Part shown: positions 9,616 through 18,813 of the stretch, one piece after another
Position numbering within the stretch: position 1 is the first letter of the stretch
Layout: each line of letters opens with the position of its first letter
NCBI GenBank assembly: GCA_043822305.1
Contig: JBDRBU010000067.1
Span: forward strand, 1 to 38,415
Length of the DNA stretch: 38,415 nucleotides
Direction of reading: 5' to 3'
Origin: Candidatus Firestoneibacteriota bacterium
GTDB lineage: Bacteria > Oederibacteriota > D2-FULL-39-29 > JBDRBU01
The notes under the pieces: generated by a model
Told to the model about the DNA's origin: nothing
Seen by the model: the letters and a program-made list of their open reading frames with translations, nothing else
The model's database searches: none
Translations under genes and position numbers: made by a program

Positions 9616-10625
9616 AATGTTTGGTCTTGCTTTCTGGCGGATTAGATAGTTCCATAGCCCTTAAACTAATGTTAGAGCAACAATTAGATGTTGAAGCCGT
9701 GAATTTTACTTCGGTTTTTTGCAGGTGTAATGGTAAAAATGGATGTAGTTATGCTGGTAATCTTTCTAAAAAATTAGGCGTTAAACTTCATTTTATTAAT
9801 AAAGGAGAAGAATATTTGGAAATAGTAAAAGCTCCAAAACATGGATATGGTTCAAATATTAATCCATGTCTAGACTGTAGAATATTTGCTTTTAGAAAGG
9901 CAAAAGAATTAATGAAGAAAATAGGGGCATTTTTTATTGTTACCGGCGAAGTTTTAAATCAAAGACCTATGTCTCAACATTTGCAGGCTATGAAGTTAAT
10001 AGAAAAAGAATCAGATTTAGTTGGGTTAGTTTTAAGACCTCTTAGTGCGGTGCATTTACTACCTACTATCCCGGAAGAAAAGAAGTGGGTAGATAGAAAT
10101 AAATTATTAAATTTGCAAGGAAGAAGCAGAAAAGACCAGATAAGATTAGCCAGAGAAAAGGAAATTACTGAATATTCCTGTCCATCTGGTGGCTGTTTAC
10201 TTACTGACCCGAATTTTGCAAAAAGAATAAAAGATTTAATCCAACATAAACCAGATTGGACAATAAAAGATGCAAATCTTTTAAAATACGGCAGGCATTA
10301 TAGATTAAGTAAAGATATAAAATTAATAGTTGGGAGAAATAAGCAGGAAAACGATATAATCGCTAGTTTTAAAGAAAAAGGGGATTTAATTATAGGATTA
10401 GAGGATTTTAAGGGGCCATTATCGTTGCTTAAATATATCTTTGAAGGTAAAAAAATGACTCTGACCCCTTTTTTAAGAATAGCTGCAAGCATAACAGCAA
10501 GGTATGGTGATATTTCAAATAAAGAAGAGTTTATCAGGGTATGGTATGAAGATGGTGAAAACACAAAACATTTAATTGAGGTTATGCCGGCTAAAGAAGA
10601 GGAATTAAATAAAACAAGGATTTAA
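9612..10625 (+). CDS. ThiI/MnmA-like PP-loop tRNA sulfurtransferase with DUF814/NFACT-R-like C-terminus
   Basis: SGGLDS PP-loop, NPCLDCR, TGEVLNQRPMSQ, PSGGCLLTD, GRHYRL...IVGRN. Confidence 0.8.
   Translation: MKCLVLLSGGLDSSIALKLMLEQQLDVEAVNFTSVFCRCNGKNGCSYAGNLSKKLGVKLHFINKGEEYLEIVKAPKHGYGSNINPCLDCRIFAFRKAKELMKKIGAFFIVTGEVLNQRPMSQHLQAMKLIEKESDLVGLVLRPLSAVHLLPTIPEEKKWVDRNKLLNLQGRSRKDQIRLAREKEITEYSCPSGGCLLTDPNFAKRIKDLIQHKPDWTIKDANLLKYGRHYRLSKDIKLIVGRNKQENDIIASFKEKGDLIIGLEDFKGPLSLLKYIFEGKKMTLTPFLRIAASITARYGDISNKEEFIRVWYEDGENTKHLIEVMPAKEEELNKTRI
10451..10474 (+). repeat. CTGACCCC-family element, copy 2 (in frame, encodes KMTLTPF)
   Basis: AAAAATGACTCTGACCCCTTTTTT inside CDS 9612..10625. Confidence 0.65.
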
Positions 10626-10628
10626 CAA

Positions 10629-11267
10629 ATGAATATTTTAATTACTTCAGGTCCGACAAGAGCATATATAGATGAGATTAGATACATATCTAATTATTCT
10701 ACGGGTAAGTTAGGAACATTAATTGCTGAAGAGTTTTTGAAAAACGGGAATAAAGTTACTTTTATTTACGGTAAAGGAAGCCTGCATCCAGATAACAAGA
10801 ATTTAAGATTAGTAGAAGTGCAAACTGTTGATGATTTAGCAAATATTTTAAAAGAAGAATTTAAAAAAAAATACGATGTTATTATTCATTTGATGGCTAT
10901 ACTTGATTATGTTCCTGATAATCAACTTAAAATTAAGGTGAAGTCTGATAAGAAAGTATGGAACTTGAAATTAGTTAGGACACCAAAGATAATCAAATTG
11001 ATAAAAAGAATAAGCCCAAAATCAATATTAGTTGGATTTAAATTAGAATATAATGTAAAAAAGAAAAAGTTACTAAAATCAGCGATTAAACTGATTAAAG
11101 AGAGTAAGGCGGACTATATAGTCGCGAATGATTATAAAAATATTAAAAGAGGAAAACATATAGCGAGTATTTTAAGTAGAAATGGCTTAATTAAAGATGA
11201 TATAATAGGCAAAAAAAATATAGCCAAAGAAATTGTTTCTTTGACTATTGAAAGGAGGAAAAAATAA
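10629..11267 (+). CDS. coaB: Phosphopantothenate--cysteine ligase (stand-alone CoaB)
   Basis: ILITSGPTRAYIDEIRYISNYSTGKLG, MAILDY, LVGFKLE, IVAND. Confidence 0.88.
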   Translation: MNILITSGPTRAYIDEIRYISNYSTGKLGTLIAEEFLKNGNKVTFIYGKGSLHPDNKNLRLVEVQTVDDLANILKEEFKKKYDVIIHLMAILDYVPDNQLKIKVKSDKKVWNLKLVRTPKIIKLIKRISPKSILVGFKLEYNVKKKKLLKSAIKLIKESKADYIVANDYKNIKRGKHIASILSRNGLIKDDIIGKKNIAKEIVSLTIERRKK

Positions 11268-11285
11268 TGGTAGCTGTCCCCTTTT
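11262..11285 (+). repeat. CTGTCCCC-family element, copy 3 (spans coaB stop and coaC start)
   Basis: AAATAATGGTAGCTGTCCCCTTTT. Confidence 0.75.
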
Positions 11286-11830
11286 CTAAGAAAAATATTT
11301 TAATTGGAGTATGTGGTGGTATTGCTGTATATAAAATTTGTGATTTAATAAATAAATTAAAATACAAAGGTGCAAATGTTGAAGTTATAATGACAGGTAA
11401 CGCGACTAAGTTTGTGACACCGCTTACATTTCAAACTTTATCAGGGAATCGTGTTTATGTTGATATGTTTGAATTAATTTCAAAAGAAACATTGGAGATA
11501 GACCACATCTCACTTGCAGAAAAATGTGATTTACTTGTTATTGCCCCGGCCACGGCAAATATTATAGGGAAGATTGCTTCTGGAATTGCAGATGATTTAT
11601 TAACCACAGTAGTCTTATCAACTAAAGCACCTATTCTTATCGCTCCGGCGATGAACACAAATATGTGGGCCAATAAAATTGTTATGAATAATGTAAAGAA
11701 ATTAAAATCATTGGGTTTTAAGTTTATAGGTCCATCTTATGGTATGCTTGCGTGTGGTAAAAAAGGTCTGGGAAGATTAGAAGAGATTGATAAGATAATG
11801 GCCGAGATAAAGAAAATATTAAAGGGTTAA
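11267..11830 (+). CDS. coaC: Phosphopantothenoylcysteine decarboxylase (stand-alone CoaC flavoprotein)
   Basis: GGIAVYK, HISLA, APATANIIGK, PAMNTNMW, LACG...GRL. Confidence 0.92.
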   Translation: MVAVPFSKKNILIGVCGGIAVYKICDLINKLKYKGANVEVIMTGNATKFVTPLTFQTLSGNRVYVDMFELISKETLEIDHISLAEKCDLLVIAPATANIIGKIASGIADDLLTTVVLSTKAPILIAPAMNTNMWANKIVMNNVKKLKSLGFKFIGPSYGMLACGKKGLGRLEEIDKIMAEIKKILKG

Positions 11831-11835
11831 ATAAT

Positions 11836-14469
11836 ATGAGCAATATTTTAATAGTAGATGATGAATATTTAACGCGGAATATTGTTAAAGATATATTGGA
11901 AAAAGAAGGATATTCCACTTTTTCTGCGAGTAATTATAAGGAAGCGTTAAATATAATAGAAAACGAGAATATTGATTTAGTATATCTTGATGTAAAAATG
12001 CCGGAAGTAGATGGTCTTGAAACTTTAAAAATGATAAAAGGTAAAGATGAATTACTGCCAATTGTTATGCTTACGGCAGATACTAATATTGATACAGCCA
12101 TAAATGCAATTAAATTAGGTGCTGAGGATTATATAACAAAAGATTCTATAAAGAATAGATTGTTGATTGTGGCCAGAAATATCTTAAAAACCCATAGTTT
12201 AAGTAAGGAGATAAATAATCTAAAAGATTATTTAAAAGATAGTATATCAAGAGAGAAGATCATATATGAAAGTAAGATAATGCAAGATACGATTAATTTG
12301 GCTGAAAAAGCAGCGAGTTCCAATATCGCCGTTCTTATTATCGGTGAAAGTGGAACGGGTAAGGAGTTACTGGCAAGATTTATTCATTCAAAAAGCAAAA
12401 GGTCAAATAAATCATTAATTGCTATAGACTGTGCTATGTTACCTGAGAATCTGGTGGAATCCGAGCTCTTTGGTTATGAAAAAGGTGCTTTTACTGGAGC
12501 AGTTAATAGAAAATTAGGTAGAATAGAGTTAGCCCATGAAGGAACTTTATTTCTTGATGAAGTAGGGAATTTAACTTCTGATGTTCAAAAAAAAATACTC
12601 AGATTTTTAGAAGAAAAAACTATTGAACATCTAGGTGGTAAAGAAACAATAAGAATTAGTGTTAGATTGATTGCAGCCAGTAATATAAATCTTGAAGAAG
12701 CAGTTAAAAATAAAATATTTAGAGAAGACTTATTTTACAGATTAAATGTTTTTACGATAAATCTTCCTTCATTAAGGGAAAGAATGGATGATATTCCGTT
12801 ATTAGCAGATTATTTTGTTAAAGAATTTTCAAAAGAACATTATAAAATAAATTTGAAAGTATCTCCTAAAGTAGTTAGAATACTTAATAATCACAACTGG
12901 CCAGGGAATGTCAGGGAATTAAAGAATGTGATGCAAAGAGCGGTACTTTTAGCGGAAAATCAAATTTTGCCTGAACATTTACCAAAATCACTTGTTTTAA
13001 AAACCAATCTGGATATTACGCAAGAAAAAGAGTCAGGTTTGTTAGAGATAGGGAAGAAAGCATCAGCCGAAGCAGAAAAAGAATATATAGTTAGAGTTTT
13101 AAAAGAAACAAACGGTAGTAAAGTTAAAGCCGCGAAAAGATTAAAAATAGATTATAAAACATTATTTAATAAAATTAAAGAATATGGAATATCAACATTT
13201 ATGTTTTTGATTATGTTGTTAAATTTTGTTAAGGGAATCGAGAAAGGAGATTTTAGTCTGGTCGAAGGATTTCCTTTAGAAGTTGAAGGACAATTTGTAT
13301 ATTCTTCTCCATTATTTTTTGATATTAATAAAGATGGAGAGAATGAGATAATATTCGCGTCATCTAACAAACTGTATGTTCTAGATAAAAAAGGGCATAA
13401 TTTAAAAGGATGGCCGGTTAATATTTATGAAAGATGTGAAAGTACTCCGGCCGTAAGTGATATAGATAAAGATGGATTACCCGAAGTAGTTCTAATAACT
13501 AAAGCCGGTCCGGATATTTCACAAGTATATATATTTGATGGAGGAGGGCATTTCAAATTCAATTCACCCTGGCGGACTAAAGGAATGGTGGACTTAGGAA
13601 GTTCTCCGGTTTTAGCTGATTTAGATGGAGATGGGTTTTTAGAAATAATTTTTTCAGTAGCGTCAATACCGGTTAATGGTGCGAATGTCGGGATTGTTTA
13701 TGTTTACAAAATGGATGGAAGTATTTTAAGTGGATGGCCGCAGATAGTTTTACCTGAAGGCAAAAATTCACAATGGCTTTCAACTCCTGTTATAGAAGAT
13801 ATAAATAAAGATAATATATTGGAAATTATTGTTGCATCTATCGTTGGGAAAATTTTTGTATGGCAGCCGAAAGGGTTTTTACTTGAAAACTGGCCTAGAT
13901 CTGGAGTTACAGATGATGTTTTTTATACAAAACCAGGTGTTTTTGATATTGATAAAGATGGAAAGTCAGAAATTTTAATAGGAAGTTGTAATAATGCACA
14001 GGCAGGAAATCTTTATGCGTGGAAATATAATGGAGAAAGTTTAGCAGGATTTCCTGTTAATTTAAAGAGCAATATTCAATCAGTATGCGCTACTGGAGAT
14101 TTAGCAGGAAATGGTAATATTGGGATAGTAATCGGGACAAATCTGGGTAATAAAGTTTGGGCATTAAACAATACTGGTGAAATTCTCCATGGCTGGCCAG
14201 TTGAAACAAAGGGCTGGATGTGTAACAATCCATCCTTAGCCGATGTAGATGGGGATGGAAAATTGGAAATTTTTATTGGATGCAGAGAGCCATTACTTTA
14301 CGGATTTTATTTTAATGGCAAGATAATGCCTGGATTTCCATTAGAATTAACAAAAGAACCGTATATAATAAACAGAACACCCGCAATTACTATTGATAAA
14401 GAAGGGAATAATTATATATGTTATAATGCCGATAAGAAGATATTCTTATGGAAGAGGGGTAAAAAATGA
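11836..14469 (+). CDS. Sigma54-dependent response regulator (REC-AAA+-Fis HTH) fused in frame to a hydrophobic segment and FG-GAP/VCBS-like repeat domain
   Basis: REC (ILIVDDE, LDVKMP), [31 protein letters not shown] ending KIKEYGI; then [11 protein letters not shown] and about 7 G(W/F)P...DxDxDGxxEI repeats. Confidence 0.85.
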   Translation: MSNILIVDDEYLTRNIVKDILEKEGYSTFSASNYKEALNIIENENIDLVYLDVKMPEVDGLETLKMIKGKDELLPIVMLTADTNIDTAINAIKLGAEDYITKDSIKNRLLIVARNILKTHSLSKEINNLKDYLKDSISREKIIYESKIMQDTINLAEKAASSNIAVLIIGESGTGKELLARFIHSKSKRSNKSLIAIDCAMLPENLVESELFGYEKGAFTGAVNRKLGRIELAHEGTLFLDEVGNLTSDVQKKILRFLEEKTIEHLGGKETIRISVRLIAASNINLEEAVKNKIFREDLFYRLNVFTINLPSLRERMDDIPLLADYFVKEFSKEHYKINLKVSPKVVRILNNHNWPGNVRELKNVMQRAVLLAENQILPEHLPKSLVLKTNLDITQEKESGLLEIGKKASAEAEKEYIVRVLKETNGSKVKAAKRLKIDYKTLFNKIKEYGISTFMFLIMLLNFVKGIEKGDFSLVEGFPLEVEGQFVYSSPLFFDINKDGENEIIFASSNKLYVLDKKGHNLKGWPVNIYERCESTPAVSDIDKDGLPEVVLITKAGPDISQVYIFDGGGHFKFNSPWRTKGMVDLGSSPVLADLDGDGFLEIIFSVASIPVNGANVGIVYVYKMDGSILSGWPQIVLPEGKNSQWLSTPVIEDINKDNILEIIVASIVGKIFVWQPKGFLLENWPRSGVTDDVFYTKPGVFDIDKDGKSEILIGSCNNAQAGNLYAWKYNGESLAGFPVNLKSNIQSVCATGDLAGNGNIGIVIGTNLGNKVWALNNTGEILHGWPVETKGWMCNNPSLADVDGDGKLEIFIGCREPLLYGFYFNGKIMPGFPLELTKEPYIINRTPAITIDKEGNNYICYNADKKIFLWKRGKK

Positions 14470-15449
14470 GCAAACTATTAGTATTTACACAAGATAAAGT
14501 TTTTGAAGAAATCGAGAATGTTAAAGCAGAGGATTTACAAAAATATTTATCTGATAAAAATAATATATTATGGTTAGACATAGAAAATTCATCTGAAAAA
14601 GACATAGATATGCTTATAGATATTTTTAATTTTCATTCCCTTTCCATAGAAGATGTAATATTCCCGCATAATTATCCTAAAATAGAAACATTTGAGGATT
14701 ATTTGTTTTTAATAATACATGCTGTTAATTATAATGAGGAAGAACAGACTAAGATAATCTCACAGGAGATTAATATATATTTTGGGGAAAATTATATAGT
14801 TAGTGTGCATGAAGAATCTATAAAATATATTCATTCTGTAATTCAAAGAGCTAAGTCAAATCCAATGATTATGTCCAAAGGTACTGATTTCTTGCTTCAT
14901 TTAATACTTGATGGAATTACGGATAGTTTTTTCCCTGTTTTAGATATTATTAATGACAAAATTGACAAAATAGAAGATAAGATATTAATTGGTAATTCGG
15001 GTCAGAAAGTAATTATGTCTGAAATGTTGGACTTGAAGAGAAATCTACTTAATTTAAGGAAGATAGTGGGTCCATTGAGGAATGTTTATAGTACTTTAAC
15101 AAGGAGCGACCTACCATTTATAAGGACAAAAACGATAATTTATTTTAGGGATGTTTATGACCATATGTTAAGAATTTTTGACTTAATAGAAGCCTACAGG
15201 GAATTACTTTCTGCAACTATGGAAGCAGATTTTACGATTATATCAACAAGGTTAAATGAAATAATGAAAACATTAACGATAATCGCTACATTTATGATGC
15301 CTCTTACTTTAATCACCAGTTTTTACGGTATGAATGTAAAAGCACCAGAATTTGAATGGGGAATATTCGGATATATATTTGTCTGGATTATAATTATATT
15401 AGCCACAGTAGGGATGTTTCTGTATTTTAAAAAAAAGAAATGGTTTTGA
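14466..15449 (+). CDS. corA: Magnesium/cobalt transporter CorA
   Basis: GMN signature (FYGMNV), two C-terminal TM helices, KKKKWF end. Confidence 0.95.
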   Translation: MSKLLVFTQDKVFEEIENVKAEDLQKYLSDKNNILWLDIENSSEKDIDMLIDIFNFHSLSIEDVIFPHNYPKIETFEDYLFLIIHAVNYNEEEQTKIISQEINIYFGENYIVSVHEESIKYIHSVIQRAKSNPMIMSKGTDFLLHLILDGITDSFFPVLDIINDKIDKIEDKILIGNSGQKVIMSEMLDLKRNLLNLRKIVGPLRNVYSTLTRSDLPFIRTKTIIYFRDVYDHMLRIFDLIEAYRELLSATMEADFTIISTRLNEIMKTLTIIATFMMPLTLITSFYGMNVKAPEFEWGIFGYIFVWIIIILATVGMFLYFKKKKWF

Positions 15450-15452
15450 AAT

Positions 15453-17042
15453 ATGATACAAAAGATTAATTGCTGGGAATACATAAACTGTAATCAACAA
15501 GATTGTTCAGTATTTGGGAAGATAGATTTATTATGTTGGTTAGTTGAAGGTAGTAAAATTTGCGTAAAAGATTTGGATTCAGTAGAAGTAATAAAACATT
15601 GTTTGCAATGTGAAGTATTAAAAAATAATATTCAACTTGATATAACTAATGGATTCAGGACTTTATTTAATCAACTTTTCAAGGAATTAGAGAATTCTGA
15701 ATCCCAGTTATTTCTTTTTAAAAAAATCAGTAGCTTAATTCAAAGTACAATTGACTTAGATAAAATACTTCATATTATACTAACCTGTGTAACCGCAGGA
15801 TATGGTTTAGGGTTTAACAGAGCATTACTTCTTCTGATTGAAGAAGATGAAAAGAGGTTAAAAGGAAAAACGATGGTTGCTCCTGCTTCTAAAGAAGAAG
15901 CATATCAAGTCTGGAAGAATTTAGCGAATTTAGATGTTGCTTCTGATAATTTAGCAGAGATTATAGATATTTATGAAAAAAGATTTCAAATAGTAGATAC
16001 AAAAACAAATGAAATTAATCAAATTAAGATTTCTTTGGATGAAGATAATATATTTTCCTCTTGCATAAACCAGAGGAAAGCATTGATATGTGGGAGCAAA
16101 TATAAAGGAAAAATTCCAGTAGATTTTTTGAAATTCTGGCAGACTGATTATTTTGCTGTTGCACCTCTTATGGCCAGAAACAAGGTATTAGGAATTATTG
16201 TCGCAGATAATTTCTTTAATAATAGACCTATTACGAATGAGTACCTCGAACTATTGTCGAGTTTTGCATACCATGCCGGATTAGCTATAGAGAATGCAAG
16301 ATTACACGATAAAATAGAAAAAAGAGCAGAAGAATTAGAGATAGCCAATAAAAGATTTAAAGAGATTCAGGGAATATTAATGAAAGCTGAAAAACTTTCG
16401 GCCATGGGAGAAATGGCAGCTACAGTTGCTCATGAGATGCGAACTCCTCTTATCTCTATTGGTGGATTTGCTAGAGAAGTAAGAGAAAATTTAAAAGGAA
16501 ATGATAAAAATTCTGAAAGATTGGATATAATAATTGAAGAAGTGAATAGATTGGAGAAGATAATAAAAGATGTGTTGGATTTTGTAAAGCCCTTTGAATT
16601 AACATTAACTGAGGTGAATGTTAAAAAAACGATAAGAGATGTTTTAACTTTTTTTAAAATGGGAATTGATAGAAAAGATATTAAATTAAACGCAGATTTA
16701 AATGATGCTTTACCATTAGTTAAAGCAGATACAGAGAGATTAAGACAGGTATTTATAAATTTATTAGAGAATGCTTTTGATGCTATGCCAGATGGTGGTA
16801 ATGTAGATATAAAGACATATGTTGCGGAAAATTTTATTAATATAGAAGTTTCTGATACTGGAATAGGCATTAAGGATGAGTATCTAGATAAGGTTACTAA
16901 GCCTTTTTTTACAACAAAACAAAATGGAATAGGACTTGGTTTATCAATAGCAGAGAAAATAATAAAAGAACATAAAGGCAAATTGGAAATAATTAGAAAC
17001 GAAAAATCTGGGGTAACTTTTAAAGTAACTGTACCAATTTAA
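15453..17042 (+). CDS. Cytoplasmic sensor histidine kinase: Cys-rich two-CW-like domain, GAF, HisKA, HATPase
   Basis: NCWEYINC...CWLVEG...C..CLQC; VAHEMRTPL; NLLENAFDAM, DTGIGI, PFFTTK, GIGLGL. Confidence 0.9.
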   Translation: MIQKINCWEYINCNQQDCSVFGKIDLLCWLVEGSKICVKDLDSVEVIKHCLQCEVLKNNIQLDITNGFRTLFNQLFKELENSESQLFLFKKISSLIQSTIDLDKILHIILTCVTAGYGLGFNRALLLLIEEDEKRLKGKTMVAPASKEEAYQVWKNLANLDVASDNLAEIIDIYEKRFQIVDTKTNEINQIKISLDEDNIFSSCINQRKALICGSKYKGKIPVDFLKFWQTDYFAVAPLMARNKVLGIIVADNFFNNRPITNEYLELLSSFAYHAGLAIENARLHDKIEKRAEELEIANKRFKEIQGILMKAEKLSAMGEMAATVAHEMRTPLISIGGFAREVRENLKGNDKNSERLDIIIEEVNRLEKIIKDVLDFVKPFELTLTEVNVKKTIRDVLTFFKMGIDRKDIKLNADLNDALPLVKADTERLRQVFINLLENAFDAMPDGGNVDIKTYVAENFINIEVSDTGIGIKDEYLDKVTKPFFTTKQNGIGLGLSIAEKIIKEHKGKLEIIRNEKSGVTFKVTVPI

Positions 17043-17070
17043 AAGGAAAGTCAAGGAGGTGAAATTATTT

Positions 17071-17427
17071 ATGAAAACAGTGCTTATAGTTGATGATGAA
17101 AAAAATATAAGAGTTCTATATAGGGAGGTGTTTGAAAAAGAGGGTTATAAAGTTATAGTAGCCTCAAATGGAAAAGAAGGTTTAAGTGTATGTAAAGAAA
17201 ACAAAATAGATATTGTTATTTTAGATATCAGGCTTCCAGATATGGACGGTATGGAAATTTTAAGTAAACTGGCTAAGGAAGAAAGTGCACCGCCGATTAT
17301 ATTAAATAGTGCATATGCTGGTTATGAAAAAGATGTTAACTCCTGGCTGGCTGAAGCATATCTGATAAAATCCAGTGATTTATCTGAATTAAAAGATAGA
17401 GTAAAAGAAATTTTAAAGGATAAATAA
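17071..17427 (+). CDS. Single-domain response regulator (receiver)
   Basis: VLIVDDE, LDIRLPDMDG, YLIKS; AGGAGG RBS upstream. Confidence 0.92.
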   Translation: MKTVLIVDDEKNIRVLYREVFEKEGYKVIVASNGKEGLSVCKENKIDIVILDIRLPDMDGMEILSKLAKEESAPPIILNSAYAGYEKDVNSWLAEAYLIKSSDLSELKDRVKEILKDK

Positions 17428-17459
17428 TAGGAGGTGGTGAAAAAAAAGTAATGCTAAAT

Positions 17460-17482
17460 GTAGTCGCAGGCTTTAGCCTGCG
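17460..17482 (+). repeat. GTAG-type REP-like hairpin
   Basis: GTAGT-CGCAGGCT-tt-AGCCTGCG, intergenic. Confidence 0.75.
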
Positions 17483-17506
17483 GACATCACAAAATGGGAG
17501 GTAGAT

Positions 17507-18106
17507 ATGAGAAAGATTATTTTAGTTTTGAGTTTACTTTTAATTTCAGGTTTAAGTTTTTCTGCAAAGGAAGTGAAAAAAACAGATGAAGTAAAAGAAG
17601 TGAAAAAAGTGACAGTTGATAATTTTGAGGGAGAAAAATGTAATTGGAATGGTCTTGCCTTTATTTCCGCTAAAGAAGGCGGACAAGAACAATCAACAGA
17701 AGATACGATAAAAGTTGATATTAATAAAAATGAAAAATATGTTAAAAATGGTAAGCAAAGTTTAAAAGTAGAATATTCAGTGAAAAACCCATCAGATTTA
17801 AAATTTGCTCAAATCAGTATTGTCTCGGATAAACCAATAGGAGAAAATAATGCAATCTCTTTCTGGCTCTTTAAGGCCAAGGGCAAGGCATCGCTTGAGT
17901 TTGCTTTATTTGACAATGTTTCCTGGAAAAAGAGACTATCACAAGCAGTACCATTGAACTTTGAAGGATGGAAGTTAATTACATTGTCTTTGGATGAATT
18001 TACAACTTCACCAAATTGGGATAAAGGTAAGGCGAGAGTACTCCAGATTGCAGTTAGAGGAGAAACTAATTTTTATTTAGATGATTTAAAATTTACAAAA
18101 AAATGA
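17507..18106 (+). CDS. Exported protein, CBM11/galactose-binding-like fold
   Basis: Signal peptide MRKIILVLSLLLISGLSFSA; VDNFE, GKQSLKVEY, ISFW, GWKLITL, FYLDDLKF pattern. Confidence 0.65.
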   Translation: MRKIILVLSLLLISGLSFSAKEVKKTDEVKEVKKVTVDNFEGEKCNWNGLAFISAKEGGQEQSTEDTIKVDINKNEKYVKNGKQSLKVEYSVKNPSDLKFAQISIVSDKPIGENNAISFWLFKAKGKASLEFALFDNVSWKKRLSQAVPLNFEGWKLITLSLDEFTTSPNWDKGKARVLQIAVRGETNFYLDDLKFTKK

Positions 18107-18813
18107 AATGTCTGGCGGTTATTCCAACATATAATGAAAATGCAAACATAGAATCTTTAATTAGAAAAATATTAGAGTATGTTGAAAATATTGATATTTT
18201 GATCATAGATGATAATTCACCGGATGGTACTGGCAAAATAGTGGAAGAGATTTCTAAAAGTAATCCAAGAGTAAAGTTGTTTAAAAGAGAAGGCAAAAAA
18301 GGATTAGGTTCTGCTTATTTAATGGGATTTAAATATGCACTTCAAGCTAATTATGATGTTGTTTTTGAAATGGATGCAGATTTTTCCCATGACCCAATGA
18401 TGCTTCCAGTTTTTATTGAGAAGATAAAAGAATCGGATTTAGTTGTTGGCTCAAGGTACTTAAATGGTATAAGTGTTGTTAACTGGCCATTAAGAAGATT
18501 GATTTTAAGTTTACTCGCAAATTTTTATATAAGGTTAATATTAAACATCCCGGTTAAAGACTGCACAAGTGGTTTTAAATGTTTCAGAAAAGAAGTTTTA
18601 AATTCTATTGATTTAGATAAAATTAAGTCCGAAGGTTATTCGTTTCAGATAGAGATGAACTATTATGCATTTAGAAAAGGTTTTAAAATAGAAGAAATTC
18701 CTATAATTTTTGTAGACAGACATAGTGGTTTTTCAAAAATGTCAAGAAAGATAGCATTAGAAGCGTTATTTCTTCCCTGGAAATTAAAATTTTTAAGTTG
18801 GGTAACTAAATGA
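18103..18813 (+). CDS. GT2 polyprenol monophosphomannose synthase-like glycosyltransferase
   Basis: IPTYNE, DDNSPDGT, GLGSAY, EMDADFSH, GSRY, GYSFQIE. Confidence 0.9.
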   Translation: MKCLAVIPTYNENANIESLIRKILEYVENIDILIIDDNSPDGTGKIVEEISKSNPRVKLFKREGKKGLGSAYLMGFKYALQANYDVVFEMDADFSHDPMMLPVFIEKIKESDLVVGSRYLNGISVVNWPLRRLILSLLANFYIRLILNIPVKDCTSGFKCFRKEVLNSIDLDKIKSEGYSFQIEMNYYAFRKGFKIEEIPIIFVDRHSGFSKMSRKIALEALFLPWKLKFLSWVTK

